This document shows, piece by piece, positions 31,143 to 40,068 of a stretch of 64,000 bases of DNA. The stretch lies in assembly GCF_031260295.1 (NCBI RefSeq), contig NZ_JAIRKE010000052.1; one strand, 5' to 3'. Made by a program: the position numbers and the translations under genes. Below the pieces are notes generated by a model, which was given only the letters and a program-made list of their open reading frames with translations, made no database searches and was not told the DNA's origin. The stretch is from Azonexus sp. (GTDB taxonomy: Bacteria > Pseudomonadota > Gammaproteobacteria > Burkholderiales > Rhodocyclaceae). The number at the start of each line of letters is the position of its first letter. Positions within the stretch are counted from its first letter, which is position 1.

Positions 31143-33281
31143 TTATTTCTTCCCGAATTCATCCATCAGCGTTTTCAGCGCCGCCTTCTGTTCGGTGCTG
31201 CCTTCCTGCGCCACCTTGTTCACCAGCGCGGCGATGGAGAGGTTCTGCACGCTGCCGGAGGCGTTGCCCAGCGCGCCCAGCAGATCCTTGACATCTTCCA
31301 CCAGATCGCGCTGCCCGTTCAGGCGGTCGCGCAGGCCGACCTTCAGCGTGTTGCTCTTGCTGATGGCGCCGTCGATGCCCTTGCCAACCGCCAGCGCACT
31401 GACGAAACGCTCGAAGTAATCGCCTTCGCCGCCGACGATGTCGATGTTGGCTTTGCCCATCGCCGTGCCAAGCACTTCCGCCTGTTCGCGAGCGATGCTG
31501 CTTTGCGCTTCGATGGCTTTCAGGGTCTCGGTATGGGTGCGTTCGAGCTGCATGCGGAATTCCTCATGGGCGCGGGTTTCCGCGCTCATGGCCTTCATCG
31601 CATCGAATTTTTCTTTGAGACCCTTGGCTTCCGCAGCGAAGCGGAGCGCGATAACGTCCGCCTCGGCCTGACCGACGCTGGCGATGGCCTCTCCCTCCGC
31701 GGCGCGCACTTTCACCTCGGCCATGCCCTGTTTCTCCGTGGCCTCCGCGGTAGCCTGGCCAACGCTCGAAATGGCCTGCGCCTCCGCTGTGCGCACATTC
31801 ACCTGTGCCATGCCCTGTTTTTCCGAAGCTTCGGCATCGGCGATTTTCACCTTGGCATCGATCATGCCCTGCTTCTCCTTGGCATCCGCAGTAACCAACA
31901 ATACCTTGGCCTGGGCGAGGCCCGGCGCGGCGGCAATGGCTTCCATCCCTTCGGCTTCGCGCTTTTTCGCTTCCGCCGCCTTTTCGGCGACCTTCAACCT
32001 GGCTTCGGCCAGCGTCAGTTCCTCGGCGGCCTTGAACTGGGCGCGGCGCTCGGCGGCCTCGGCTTCCTTGACGTCCTTGATGAGCTTTTCCTCCGCCGCG
32101 CCTTCGGCGGTGATGACGACGGATTTCTTGATCCGGTCGGCCTCGGCGACGACGCGCACTTCCTTGATCGCCTCTTCCTGCTCGGCCACCGTGCGCTCGA
32201 CGATGACGCGCTCACGGATCACATCGGCAATCGCCTTCTTCTGGATTTCGACGGCGCGTTCCTTGTCGATTGCTTGCAGGGTGACTTCCTTCTCGCGGTC
32301 GACGATTTCCAGTTGCCGGGCGCGGGTGACCTTTTCCTCTTCCACCGCCACGACGCGCTTGCGGTTGTTTTCCGCCACTTCCTTCTCGCGGGCGACGTTT
32401 TCCATCTGCACGGCAATGAGCTGTTCGGCTTGCAGGCGCGCCAGTTCCGCCTTGGCATGCTCCTCCGATTCGATGCGGTGGGCTTCGGCTTCCTCGCGCG
32501 CCTTCACCGAGGCGATTTCGCGCTGCTGCTTGAATTCGGCATCGGCTTGTTGACGCTCAAGCTCAAGAATCGCCTCGCGCGTTTCGACATTCTTTTTCGT
32601 GATCTGCATTTCTTCGTTGCGCTTGTATTCATTGGTGCGCACGTTTTCATACGTCGTGAGTTCGGTAATTTTCTTGATCCCCTGCGCATCGAGGATGTTG
32701 TTCTTGTCGAGCATGGAGAGCGGCGTCTGCTCCAGGTAATCGATGGCGACATCGACCAACTCGTAGCCGGAAAGATCCTTGCCGATCTGCCTGACGATCT
32801 TGTCGCGGAAATCGTCGCGCTCCTGGTAAAGCTGGACAAAATCCATCAACTTGCCGACGGTTTTCAAGGCTTCCGAGAACTTGGCGGAGAACAGTTCCTC
32901 CAATGTTTCCTTGTTGGAAGCGCGCGCGCAGCCGATACCCTGCGCCACTTTCAGCACATCCTCGGTGGTCTTGTTGACCTGCACGAAGAAGGTCACCTTG
33001 ATGTCGGCCCGGATGTTGTCCCGGCAGATCAGGCCATCCTTGCCGGTTCGCGCGATTTCGATGGTCTTGCGGGCGATGTCCATCATCTCCGCCTTGTGGA
33101 TGATCGGATACACCATGCGCCCGGTGAAAGTGACATCCGGCTCGCTTCGGGTCGTATTGACGATCATGGCGTATCCCTGCTCGACCTTGCGGTAGAACTT
33201 CGAAAACAGCGCGAACAGGCCGAAGATGAAGATGGCGATAATGCCGACTGCAACGGCCATGACGATCAGGCTGGATCCCAT
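31143..33281 (-). CDS. Flotillin / SPFH (band-7) family protein (YqiK-like) with a long coiled-coil C-terminus
   Basis: N-terminal TM helix. SPFH domain (GYAMIVNTTRSEPDVTFTGRMVYPIIHKAEMMD...). An extended Ala/Glu/Lys-rich repetitive coiled-coil follows. 712 aa. Confidence 0.9.
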   Translation of the reverse strand: MGSSLIVMAVAVGIIAIFIFGLFALFSKFYRKVEQGYAMIVNTTRSEPDVTFTGRMVYPIIHKAEMMDIARKTIEIARTGKDGLICRDNIRADIKVTFFVQVNKTTEDVLKVAQGIGCARASNKETLEELFSAKFSEALKTVGKLMDFVQLYQERDDFRDKIVRQIGKDLSGYELVDVAIDYLEQTPLSMLDKNNILDAQGIKKITELTTYENVRTNEYKRNEEMQITKKNVETREAILELERQQADAEFKQQREIASVKAREEAEAHRIESEEHAKAELARLQAEQLIAVQMENVAREKEVAENNRKRVVAVEEEKVTRARQLEIVDREKEVTLQAIDKERAVEIQKKAIADVIRERVIVERTVAEQEEAIKEVRVVAEADRIKKSVVITAEGAAEEKLIKDVKEAEAAERRAQFKAAEELTLAEARLKVAEKAAEAKKREAEGMEAIAAAPGLAQAKVLLVTADAKEKQGMIDAKVKIADAEASEKQGMAQVNVRTAEAQAISSVGQATAEATEKQGMAEVKVRAAEGEAIASVGQAEADVIALRFAAEAKGLKEKFDAMKAMSAETRAHEEFRMQLERTHTETLKAIEAQSSIAREQAEVLGTAMGKANIDIVGGEGDYFERFVSALAVGKGIDGAISKSNTLKVGLRDRLNGQRDLVEDVKDLLGALGNASGSVQNLSIAALVNKVAQEGSTEQKAALKTLMDEFGKK

Positions 33282-33354
33282 TTCATTTCCTTTTCAAATA
33301 AACGGGTGGAAAGCTACAAATGACGCCATCCCGCGTTCGCGGGAAGCTGTTGTT

Positions 33355-34017
33355 TTAAAACGAACTTTTTTCCGCAATGCGGTAGATCCCAGCTGCCTCA
33401 TCGTATTCCATGATGCAGGCCGTATCGCCGCGCTTCAGATTGTTGGGCGTATCCGCGATGACGTGGATGTGATACCCCGCGCCACGCGCCGCGACCTCGG
33501 CGCGACCGAATTTTTCATCGACGGAACCGCTCAGCACCACGCATTCCTGACCGACCAGGGAAACGTTGGAAATGGCGTTGTGCGTGACGAAAAGCCGGCG
33601 CATCGGGCGCACGCAGGTCGCCGTGGCGGGAATGGCCAGCGCGAGGGCGCCGCCGAGCACGGCGGTGCCGACGACGAAACGCAACAGGCCATCCGGAAAA
33701 AAGGCAAGCGCCCAGATTGCCGCAATGCTGCTGATGACCCAGGCAAACAGCGTGAGTAGGCTGATCACCACCGAAAACGGCACGCCGCCCAAACCGAGCG
33801 CGACGAGATAAGCGGCCAGCGTGCTGACATTCGCCGGTTCGCCCAAGTCAATATCGGTTACCGATGTTCCCGGCTCCAGGTCGATATCCAGATCCGGCCC
33901 GCCGCTCTCGAAATCCACGAGACCAACGATGGCGAGCAACCAATACACCAGCCCCACGCCGAGAAGGGCCGTGTAGATGATGGTCGGGTAACTCAGGATG
34001 ACTTCAAAGAAGTCCAT
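33355..34017 (-). CDS. NfeD/YqiJ-like membrane protein (flotillin partner)
   Basis: Multi-TM N-terminal half with a C-terminal OB-fold-like soluble domain (ECVVLSGSVDEKFGRAEVAARGAGYHIHV). Gene order matches yqiJ-yqiK, consistent with an NfeD-flotillin pair. Confidence 0.7.
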   Translation of the reverse strand: MDFFEVILSYPTIIYTALLGVGLVYWLLAIVGLVDFESGGPDLDIDLEPGTSVTDIDLGEPANVSTLAAYLVALGLGGVPFSVVISLLTLFAWVISSIAAIWALAFFPDGLLRFVVGTAVLGGALALAIPATATCVRPMRRLFVTHNAISNVSLVGQECVVLSGSVDEKFGRAEVAARGAGYHIHVIADTPNNLKRGDTACIMEYDEAAGIYRIAEKSSF

Positions 34018-34062
34018 GACGCTTCCTTTTTCTTAACGAAAAATCCGTGGCTGGCGAGGGGC

Positions 34063-34392
34063 TCATGCACCGTTCTGCTGCCTGGCAAAATCAATCAGAT
34101 CCTGCGTGACGCGCTCCTTGATCGCCAGACGGTCCGTGGCGAGAAGCCCGTAGCGCTTCGCCAGCGCTTCGTAGTCTTCCGGCGCCAGGGTGACGGTGAG
34201 CCGGGGCCGCTTGGGATGGCGGTTGACCGCCAGACCCAGAAAGCTGCGGATCTGGTCGGAGTTCGAGAGATTGTTCTCGAACGCGGCCTGGCGCACCGCC
34301 TCCAGCACGGCGGCCTCGACGTCGAACGCGACCTGCACCGCATGCAGGGCCGCATCCGAGCTTTGCCAACGCGCGGGTTTTCGTGCCGTCAT
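34063..34392 (-). CDS. Small hypothetical protein (109 aa), translationally coupled to the pspA-like gene
   Basis: Its start overlaps the PspA-family stop by 4 nt (ATGA). Helical; possible RHH-like or regulatory partner. No firm family assignment. Confidence 0.5.
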   Translation of the reverse strand: MTARKPARWQSSDAALHAVQVAFDVEAAVLEAVRQAAFENNLSNSDQIRSFLGLAVNRHPKRPRLTVTLAPEDYEALAKRYGLLATDRLAIKERVTQDLIDFARQQNGA

Positions 34393-35090
34393 GCCTTGTC
34401 CGCTGCCGCGCGGGCGCGGATGCGCTCCATCACCTTTGCCTTGCGCTGCGCGTCATCGCCAATGCCCGCTGCCGCCAGCTTCGCTTCCAGCGCCTTGGTG
34501 CCGAATTCCTTGTCCAGCGCCTCGGAGGCGGTCATCCGGTCGGCCTGATCCTCGTGGCGCTTCTTGATGCGCTCCAGCGATTCCTTGGCGCTCATCAGCT
34601 TCGAGCCGGAGGAGCCGATGCTCTCGGAAATCGTCTGGGTCGCCTTGTAGACGCTCTCGGTGGTCTTGGCCATCTGCACTTCGCGCTCATGCTCGCGAAT
34701 CCGGGCCTCGGAAGCCTTGATGAGATCTTTCAGCCGATTGGCATGCAGCGCGTAGTCGGCATGCAGTTGCGTTTGCTTTTCCAGCTCGGCCTCTTGCTCC
34801 GCGACCTTGGCCGCCACCTCTTCAGCCAGATCTTCCTTGCTCTTCTCCAGGGCTTCGAGCGCCAGGTTCTCCAGCCGAGCGATTTCCGCGCGCGCCCGTT
34901 CGATTTCCCGCGCGCTTTGCATTTCCTTGGCCATGACACCCGTCAGATCCGTTTTCGCCTTGGTAATTGCCTCGTGCGCGTCGCGGATTTCCTGCTCGTA
35001 GATGCGCACGCCATTGGCGTCGACAATGCTCTCGCCCAACTCGCGGGCGCTGCCCTTGATGAGGGTGGCGATTTTTCCAATCACGCTCAT
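34389..35090 (-). CDS. PspA/IM30 (Vipp1) family protein (YjfJ-like), ESCRT-III superfamily
   Basis: Typical ~230-aa all-helical IM30 protein (MSVIGKIATLIKGSARELGESIVDANGVRIYEQEIRDA...). Confidence 0.9.
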   Translation of the reverse strand: MSVIGKIATLIKGSARELGESIVDANGVRIYEQEIRDAHEAITKAKTDLTGVMAKEMQSAREIERARAEIARLENLALEALEKSKEDLAEEVAAKVAEQEAELEKQTQLHADYALHANRLKDLIKASEARIREHEREVQMAKTTESVYKATQTISESIGSSGSKLMSAKESLERIKKRHEDQADRMTASEALDKEFGTKALEAKLAAAGIGDDAQRKAKVMERIRARAAADKA

Positions 35091-35125
35091 GATGATGCTC
35101 CTTTCAAAATCCGTTCAACGGATGG

Positions 35126-35542
35126 TCAGTTCAGGTATTCCGCCAGCGCCTCCAGTGCATCGAGGGCGTTGTCGCTCAAGGCCACGATGTCGTCCGCGAT
35201 GGCCTCGCGCCTGGCGTTGGCGGACAGCGCGCCGAACAGCACGTGGCACCCTTCCACCCGGCCGAAGGAGGAAAGCGGTATCGCCGGATTCAAATCCAGC
35301 ATCAGTTCGAGCAATTCCAGCCGCTTTTCGGGGCGAATTTCCGCATCCCGCCAGAGATAACAGATGCACAGGATCTGATCGGGTGACGCGGTAATGAAGA
35401 TTGGCAACTCCTCGCGCCCGCCGATCACTACCTGCACGACCGGCACCTCCCCGGGGATCGGCTGCAAGCTGACAGGCACGTCGAACAAGCGCGCCTCAAG
35501 CAGGGCATCCAGACCTTCGAGCCGTTTTTGTAAGGACTGCAT
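35126..35542 (-). CDS. YjfI-like protein (DUF2170)
   Basis: ~138 aa, start MQSLQKRLEGLD. The position upstream of the yjfJ-like pspA gene mirrors E. coli yjfI-yjfJ. The family call rests on context plus weak sequence recollection. Confidence 0.5.
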   Translation of the reverse strand: MQSLQKRLEGLDALLEARLFDVPVSLQPIPGEVPVVQVVIGGREELPIFITASPDQILCICYLWRDAEIRPEKRLELLELMLDLNPAIPLSSFGRVEGCHVLFGALSANARREAIADDIVALSDNALDALEALAEYLN

Positions 35543-35695
35543 TTTTTGCTTCCTCGCATGAAAAAGATTGGTAGAGATGGTGCACCGTGAATATAGGCAC
35601 GGCGACATAAGATGTCAAGACATATTATGTCGCCGTGAAAAATCGCGGATGGATACGTTATGGCCGGACCAACCCGGCGGCCGCCGGGCGGGGCT

Positions 35696-36832
35696 TTACT
35701 CGCTGGCGATGGTGCGGCCGATCACCAGGCGCTGGATGTCGTTGGCGCCTTCGTAGATCTGGCTGATACGCACGTCGCGGTAGATGCGCTCGACCGGGAA
35801 GTCGCTGGTGTAGCCGACGCCGCCGTGGATCTGGATGGCGTCGGAAGCAATCTTCTCGGCGGCTTCCGAGGCGAACATCTTGGCCATCGAGGCTTCCTTC
35901 AGGCAGGGCTTGCCTGCGTCCTTCAGGGTCGCGGCACGCCAGACCAGCAGCCGGGCGGCGTCGAGCAGCGTGTTCATGTCGGCGAGGCGGAAATTGACTG
36001 CCTGATGCTCGATGATCGGTACGCCGAAGGTCACGCGCTCCTTGGCGTAGCGCACGGCGGCCTCGAACGCGGCGCGGGCCATGCCGATGCTCTGCGCGGC
36101 GATGCCGATGCGCCCGGCTTCGAGGTTGGACAGCGCGATCTTGTAACCCTCGCCTTCCTTGCCGAGCAGTGCCGAGGCCGGCACGCGGCAGTTCTCGAAA
36201 ATGATTTGCACGGTGTCGGAAGCATGCTGACCCATCTTGTCCTCGGTGCGGCCGACGATGAAGCCCGGCGTGGCGGTCGGGATCAGGAAGCAGGAGATGC
36301 CTTTCTTGCCGGCGGCCTTGTCGGTGACGGCGAAAACGATGGCCATGTGGGCGTGCTTGCCGGTGGTGATGAATTGCTTGACGCCGTTGAGCACGAAACC
36401 GTCGCCGTCGCGGTCGGCGCGGGTGGTGATGGCGGCGGCGTCGGAGCCGGTGTGCGGTTCGGTCAGGCAGAAGCAGCCGAGCTTCTCGCCGCGGGCCAGC
36501 GGCTTCAGCCATTCTTCCTTCTGCTGGTCAGTGCCATATTTCTGCGTGATGCCGCAGGCCAGCGAGTTCTGCACCGAAACGATGGTCGAGGTGGCGCCGT
36601 CGCCGGCGGCGATTTCCTCAATCGTCAGGACCAGCGACATGTAATCCATGCCAGCGCCGCCCCACTCTTCGGGCACGCACATGCCCATGGCGCCGAGTTC
36701 GCCGAGTTCTTTCAAGGCCTCGGCCGGAAAGGTGTGGTGCTTGTCCCATTCAGCGGCGAAGGGCGCCAGACGCTCCTGAGCGAAAGCGCGCATCGAGTCG
36801 CGGATCATTTCCTGTTCTTGCGTGAGAATCAT
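35696..36832 (-). CDS. Acyl-CoA dehydrogenase (short/medium-chain type)
   Basis: 378 aa. N-terminal alpha domain, FAD-binding beta-barrel and C-terminal catalytic helices with ...[12 protein letters not shown]... It matches the butyryl-CoA dehydrogenase type. Confidence 0.9.
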   Translation of the reverse strand: MILTQEQEMIRDSMRAFAQERLAPFAAEWDKHHTFPAEALKELGELGAMGMCVPEEWGGAGMDYMSLVLTIEEIAAGDGATSTIVSVQNSLACGITQKYGTDQQKEEWLKPLARGEKLGCFCLTEPHTGSDAAAITTRADRDGDGFVLNGVKQFITTGKHAHMAIVFAVTDKAAGKKGISCFLIPTATPGFIVGRTEDKMGQHASDTVQIIFENCRVPASALLGKEGEGYKIALSNLEAGRIGIAAQSIGMARAAFEAAVRYAKERVTFGVPIIEHQAVNFRLADMNTLLDAARLLVWRAATLKDAGKPCLKEASMAKMFASEAAEKIASDAIQIHGGVGYTSDFPVERIYRDVRISQIYEGANDIQRLVIGRTIASE

Positions 36833-36873
36833 GAGGTTTCTCCTGAGTAATAGCTTTCAAAAATGTGGCTGGG

Positions 36874-37233
36874 TCAAGCTTGACTCATGTGCTCCAGCCA
36901 GGCTTTCAATACCAGCGGATGGCAATGTCCCTGATCGTGCGCGGCATAGAGCAAGGTGATTTGTTCATGGCCTTTCATGCGTGCCATGAATTCCTGAGTA
37001 GCGGTTCCCGCTTGGAGTTCCGCCGTGTATTTTTCGGCAAAGGATTTCCATAGCGCCGGGTCGTGGCCAAACCATTTTCTGAGCGCGCCGGATGGCGCAA
37101 GATCTTTGTTCCATTCATCCAGTGCGGCGGCGTCTTTGGTAACACCGCGTGGCCACAGACGATCGACCAGCACACGATAACCATCGCTTGCCGCTGGTTT
37201 TTCGTAAATCCGTTTCAGTGCGATCTTCGTCAT
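36874..37233 (-). CDS. DUF488 (YeaO-like) family protein
   Basis: KRIYEKPAASDGYRVLVDRLWPRGVTKDAAALDEWNKDLAPS is collinear with E. coli YeaO. Confidence 0.8.
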   Translation of the reverse strand: MTKIALKRIYEKPAASDGYRVLVDRLWPRGVTKDAAALDEWNKDLAPSGALRKWFGHDPALWKSFAEKYTAELQAGTATQEFMARMKGHEQITLLYAAHDQGHCHPLVLKAWLEHMSQA

Positions 37234-37506
37234 GGCTTGGCTGAATTTGATGCCGCTCTGGTCGATGTCGGCGCGGCAAGTTCTACAAATTCTTCGCCCT
37301 CACGGCTTCACGAATTTCAGGACGAACTGATCCGTCTTGCCGCGACGAAAAGCATTTGAGATGCGCGCATGGAAGGTTTCCTTCGCAAAAGACAGGCTAT
37401 CAGCGGGCCAGGCCGCCGGGGCCGCGTTGCCGATGACCCGGCGACATTTTCTGTGTTTTTGGAATGCCGCCGATCATCGAACTGGCACATCCGGCGCCGG
37501 AGGAAA

Positions 37507-38697
37507 TCAGAGCATTTCCACCGCCATGGCCGTGGCTTCGCCGCCGCCGATGCACAGCGCGGCGACGCCGCGCTTCTTGCCGTACTTTTTCAGCGCGCCG
37601 AGCAGGCTGACCAGGATACGGGCGCCGGAAGCACCGATCGGGTGGCCGAGGGCGCAGGCGCCGCCATGCACGTTGACCTTGGCCGGGTCGAGCTTGAGAT
37701 CATGCAGCGCGGCCATCGTAACAACCGCGAAGGCTTCGTTGATCTCGTACAGGTCGACCGAGTCGGTCGTCCAGCCGGTCTTGGCGAACAGCTTTTGCAT
37801 GGCGCCGACCGGGGCCGATGGGAACAACGCCGGCAGGCCGGCATTGGTGGTGTGGCCGACGATGCGGGCAAGCGGCTTGAGGCCCAGTTTTTCGGCTTGC
37901 GAGGCACGCATCAGCACGAGCGCGGCGGCGCCGTCGGAAATGGACGAGGAATTGGCGGCGGTGACCGTGCCATCCTTCTTGAAGGCCGGCTTCAGCGTCG
38001 GAATCTTGTCGACATTGACCGCGAACGGGCCTTCGTCCTTGTCCACGACGACATCGCCCTTCCTGCCGGCGACGGTGACCGGGACGATTTCCCAGGCGAA
38101 GCTGCCGTTGTTGCTGGCCTCGATGGCGCGGGTGGTCGAGCGCACCGCGAATTCGTCCTGCGCCTCGCGGGTGAAGCCGTAGCTGGTGGCGCATTCCTCG
38201 GCGAAGGTGCCCATCAGGCGGCCGCGGTTTTCCTTCGAATAGGCATCTTCCAGGCCGTCCAGGAACATGTGGTCCATCAACTGGCCGTGGCCGAGGCGAT
38301 AGCCGCCGCGAGCCTTGGGCAGCAGGTAGGGGGCGTTGGTCATCGACTCCATGCCGCCGACCACGGCGACGTTGTAAGAGCCGGCGAGGATGCCGTCGTG
38401 GCCGAGCATGGCGGCCTTCATGGCCGAGCCGCAGACCTTGTGGATGGTGGCGCAGCCGGCGGTCAGCGGCAGCCCGGCCTGCAACGCGGCCTGGCGGGCC
38501 GGGGCCTGGCCCTGGCCGGCCTGCAGCACGCAGCCGAGGAGCACTTCGTCCACCAGGTTGGCGTCGAGGCCGGCGCGCTCAATGGCGGCCTTGACCGCGA
38601 CAGCGCCCAGGTTGGCGGCGGTCAGGCTGGCAAAGGCGCCCTGGAAACTACCCATCGGGGTGCGGGCGGCGGAAACGATGACGATCGGATCTTGCAT
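37507..38697 (-). CDS. Acetyl-CoA C-acyltransferase (beta-ketothiolase, PhaA/BktB-like)
   Basis: Active-site Cys at VCGSAMKA. C-terminal GGGCALGHPIGASGARIL thiolase signature. 396 aa. Confidence 0.9.
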   Translation of the reverse strand: MQDPIVIVSAARTPMGSFQGAFASLTAANLGAVAVKAAIERAGLDANLVDEVLLGCVLQAGQGQAPARQAALQAGLPLTAGCATIHKVCGSAMKAAMLGHDGILAGSYNVAVVGGMESMTNAPYLLPKARGGYRLGHGQLMDHMFLDGLEDAYSKENRGRLMGTFAEECATSYGFTREAQDEFAVRSTTRAIEASNNGSFAWEIVPVTVAGRKGDVVVDKDEGPFAVNVDKIPTLKPAFKKDGTVTAANSSSISDGAAALVLMRASQAEKLGLKPLARIVGHTTNAGLPALFPSAPVGAMQKLFAKTGWTTDSVDLYEINEAFAVVTMAALHDLKLDPAKVNVHGGACALGHPIGASGARILVSLLGALKKYGKKRGVAALCIGGGEATAMAVEML

Positions 38698-38736
38698 GTT
38701 GCTCTCTCCTTGCGGGTTCGTTGTGGGAAGGCGAAA

Positions 38737-39879
38737 TCAGTTTTCGAGGGCTTTAAGCGCCGCGTCGTAGCGGGCCGGCAGATCAGCGAGGGCATCCACG
38801 GTGATGCCGAGGTTGTGCACGTGACCGTCCTTGAGGCCATAGATCCAGCCGTGCACGGTCAGTTGCTGGCCACGCTGCCAGGCATCCTGGACGACGGGGT
38901 TATGGCAGATGTTGACCACCTGTTCGAGCACATTGAGTTCGCACAGGCGATCGTAGCGTTTTTCCGGCGGCAGCTTGTCGATGGCGGCGAGATGCTTGTT
39001 GTGCACGTCGTGCACATGGCGCAGCCACAGGTCGACGATGCCGACGCGATCCCGGTTGAGCGCGGCCCCGACGCCGCCGCAGCCGTAGTGGCCGACGACC
39101 ATGATGTGCTTGACCTTGAGCACATCGACCGCGTACTGGATGACCGACAGGCAGTTGAGGTCGGTATGGACGACGACGTTGGCGACATTGCGGTGGACGA
39201 AGACCTCGCCGGGCAAGAGGCCGACGATCTGGTTGGCCGGCACGCGCGAGTCGGAGCAGCCGATCCACAGGAACTCCGGCGCCTGCAACTGGGCCAGCTT
39301 GTCGAAGTAGCTCGGATCGGCTTCGCGCATCTGGCGCGCCCAGGCCCGGTTGTAGCCGAACAGGCGGGACAGGTTGCCGTTGTGGATTTTCTCTTCCGTC
39401 CAATTGTCGAGGTCCAGGGTAAAAAAGACCGTGTTCTCGACCGGCGTCGGGCAGTAGGCCGGGGCTTCGTTGATGCCCAGTTCGCGAAACAGTTTCGCGG
39501 CCATGCGCATGTTCGGCAGGATGCTGAGCAAAAGCTGCCGGTAGCCGATTTCCTTGGCCGACTGGATCGCCGCCAGCACCAGCGCCCGGCCGATGCCGTG
39601 GCCGCGCTCGGCTGGGGCGACGTAGAGGCGCGTCATTTCGCAGCTGCCCTCGGAAACGCGGCGAATCCCGATGCAGCCGGCCGGCCGGCCGTCGACTTCG
39701 GCGATGAGCAGGCGGCCTTCCGGCATGGCGTAGGCGCCGGGCAGCGAGGCCATTTCCTGCGCGAAATTCTGGTACGACCAATCGACGTCCAGCTCGGCCG
39801 CGTAATTGCGCAAATACTGGCGAACCTGCTCGATGGCTTCGCTGTCGTCGGCGGTGAGGGTACGTAGGATCAGGGTCAT
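38737..39879 (-). CDS. Fusion protein: N-terminal GNAT acetyltransferase + C-terminal beta-class carbonic anhydrase
   Basis: Residues ~1-165 carry the GNAT fold (RLYVAPAERGHGIGRALV). Residues ~175-380 are collinear with E. coli Can (FLWIGCSDSRVP, HRNVANVV, GHYGCGGV). No in-frame stop or plausible internal start lies between the two halves. Confidence 0.8.
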   Translation of the reverse strand: MTLILRTLTADDSEAIEQVRQYLRNYAAELDVDWSYQNFAQEMASLPGAYAMPEGRLLIAEVDGRPAGCIGIRRVSEGSCEMTRLYVAPAERGHGIGRALVLAAIQSAKEIGYRQLLLSILPNMRMAAKLFRELGINEAPAYCPTPVENTVFFTLDLDNWTEEKIHNGNLSRLFGYNRAWARQMREADPSYFDKLAQLQAPEFLWIGCSDSRVPANQIVGLLPGEVFVHRNVANVVVHTDLNCLSVIQYAVDVLKVKHIMVVGHYGCGGVGAALNRDRVGIVDLWLRHVHDVHNKHLAAIDKLPPEKRYDRLCELNVLEQVVNICHNPVVQDAWQRGQQLTVHGWIYGLKDGHVHNLGITVDALADLPARYDAALKALEN

Positions 39880-40068
39880 GGCTGTTCAGCTTCCTTTGCC
39901 GGGCTCCGCTCCGGGACTCGGCGGGAGCATGTTATGCGGGATCGGCTGGCGGCGGATTACGGACGTGCCGGCAGCGATTTCATAGAGCTTAACATCCCGC
40001 CACAAACGGAGGCGTTTTTCAATCCGCTACCGTATGGTAATTTGCCGGTCTCCCATCGGAAGCCGCCC

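Noticed and set aside
31503-33323. 606-aa plus-strand ORF and other long ORFs antisense to the flotillin gene
   Set aside because: These are Gly/Arg/Leu/Phe-rich low-complexity translations directly antisense to a confidently assigned SPFH protein. They are an artefact of the repetitive Ala/Glu/Lys coiled-coil codons on the sense strand.
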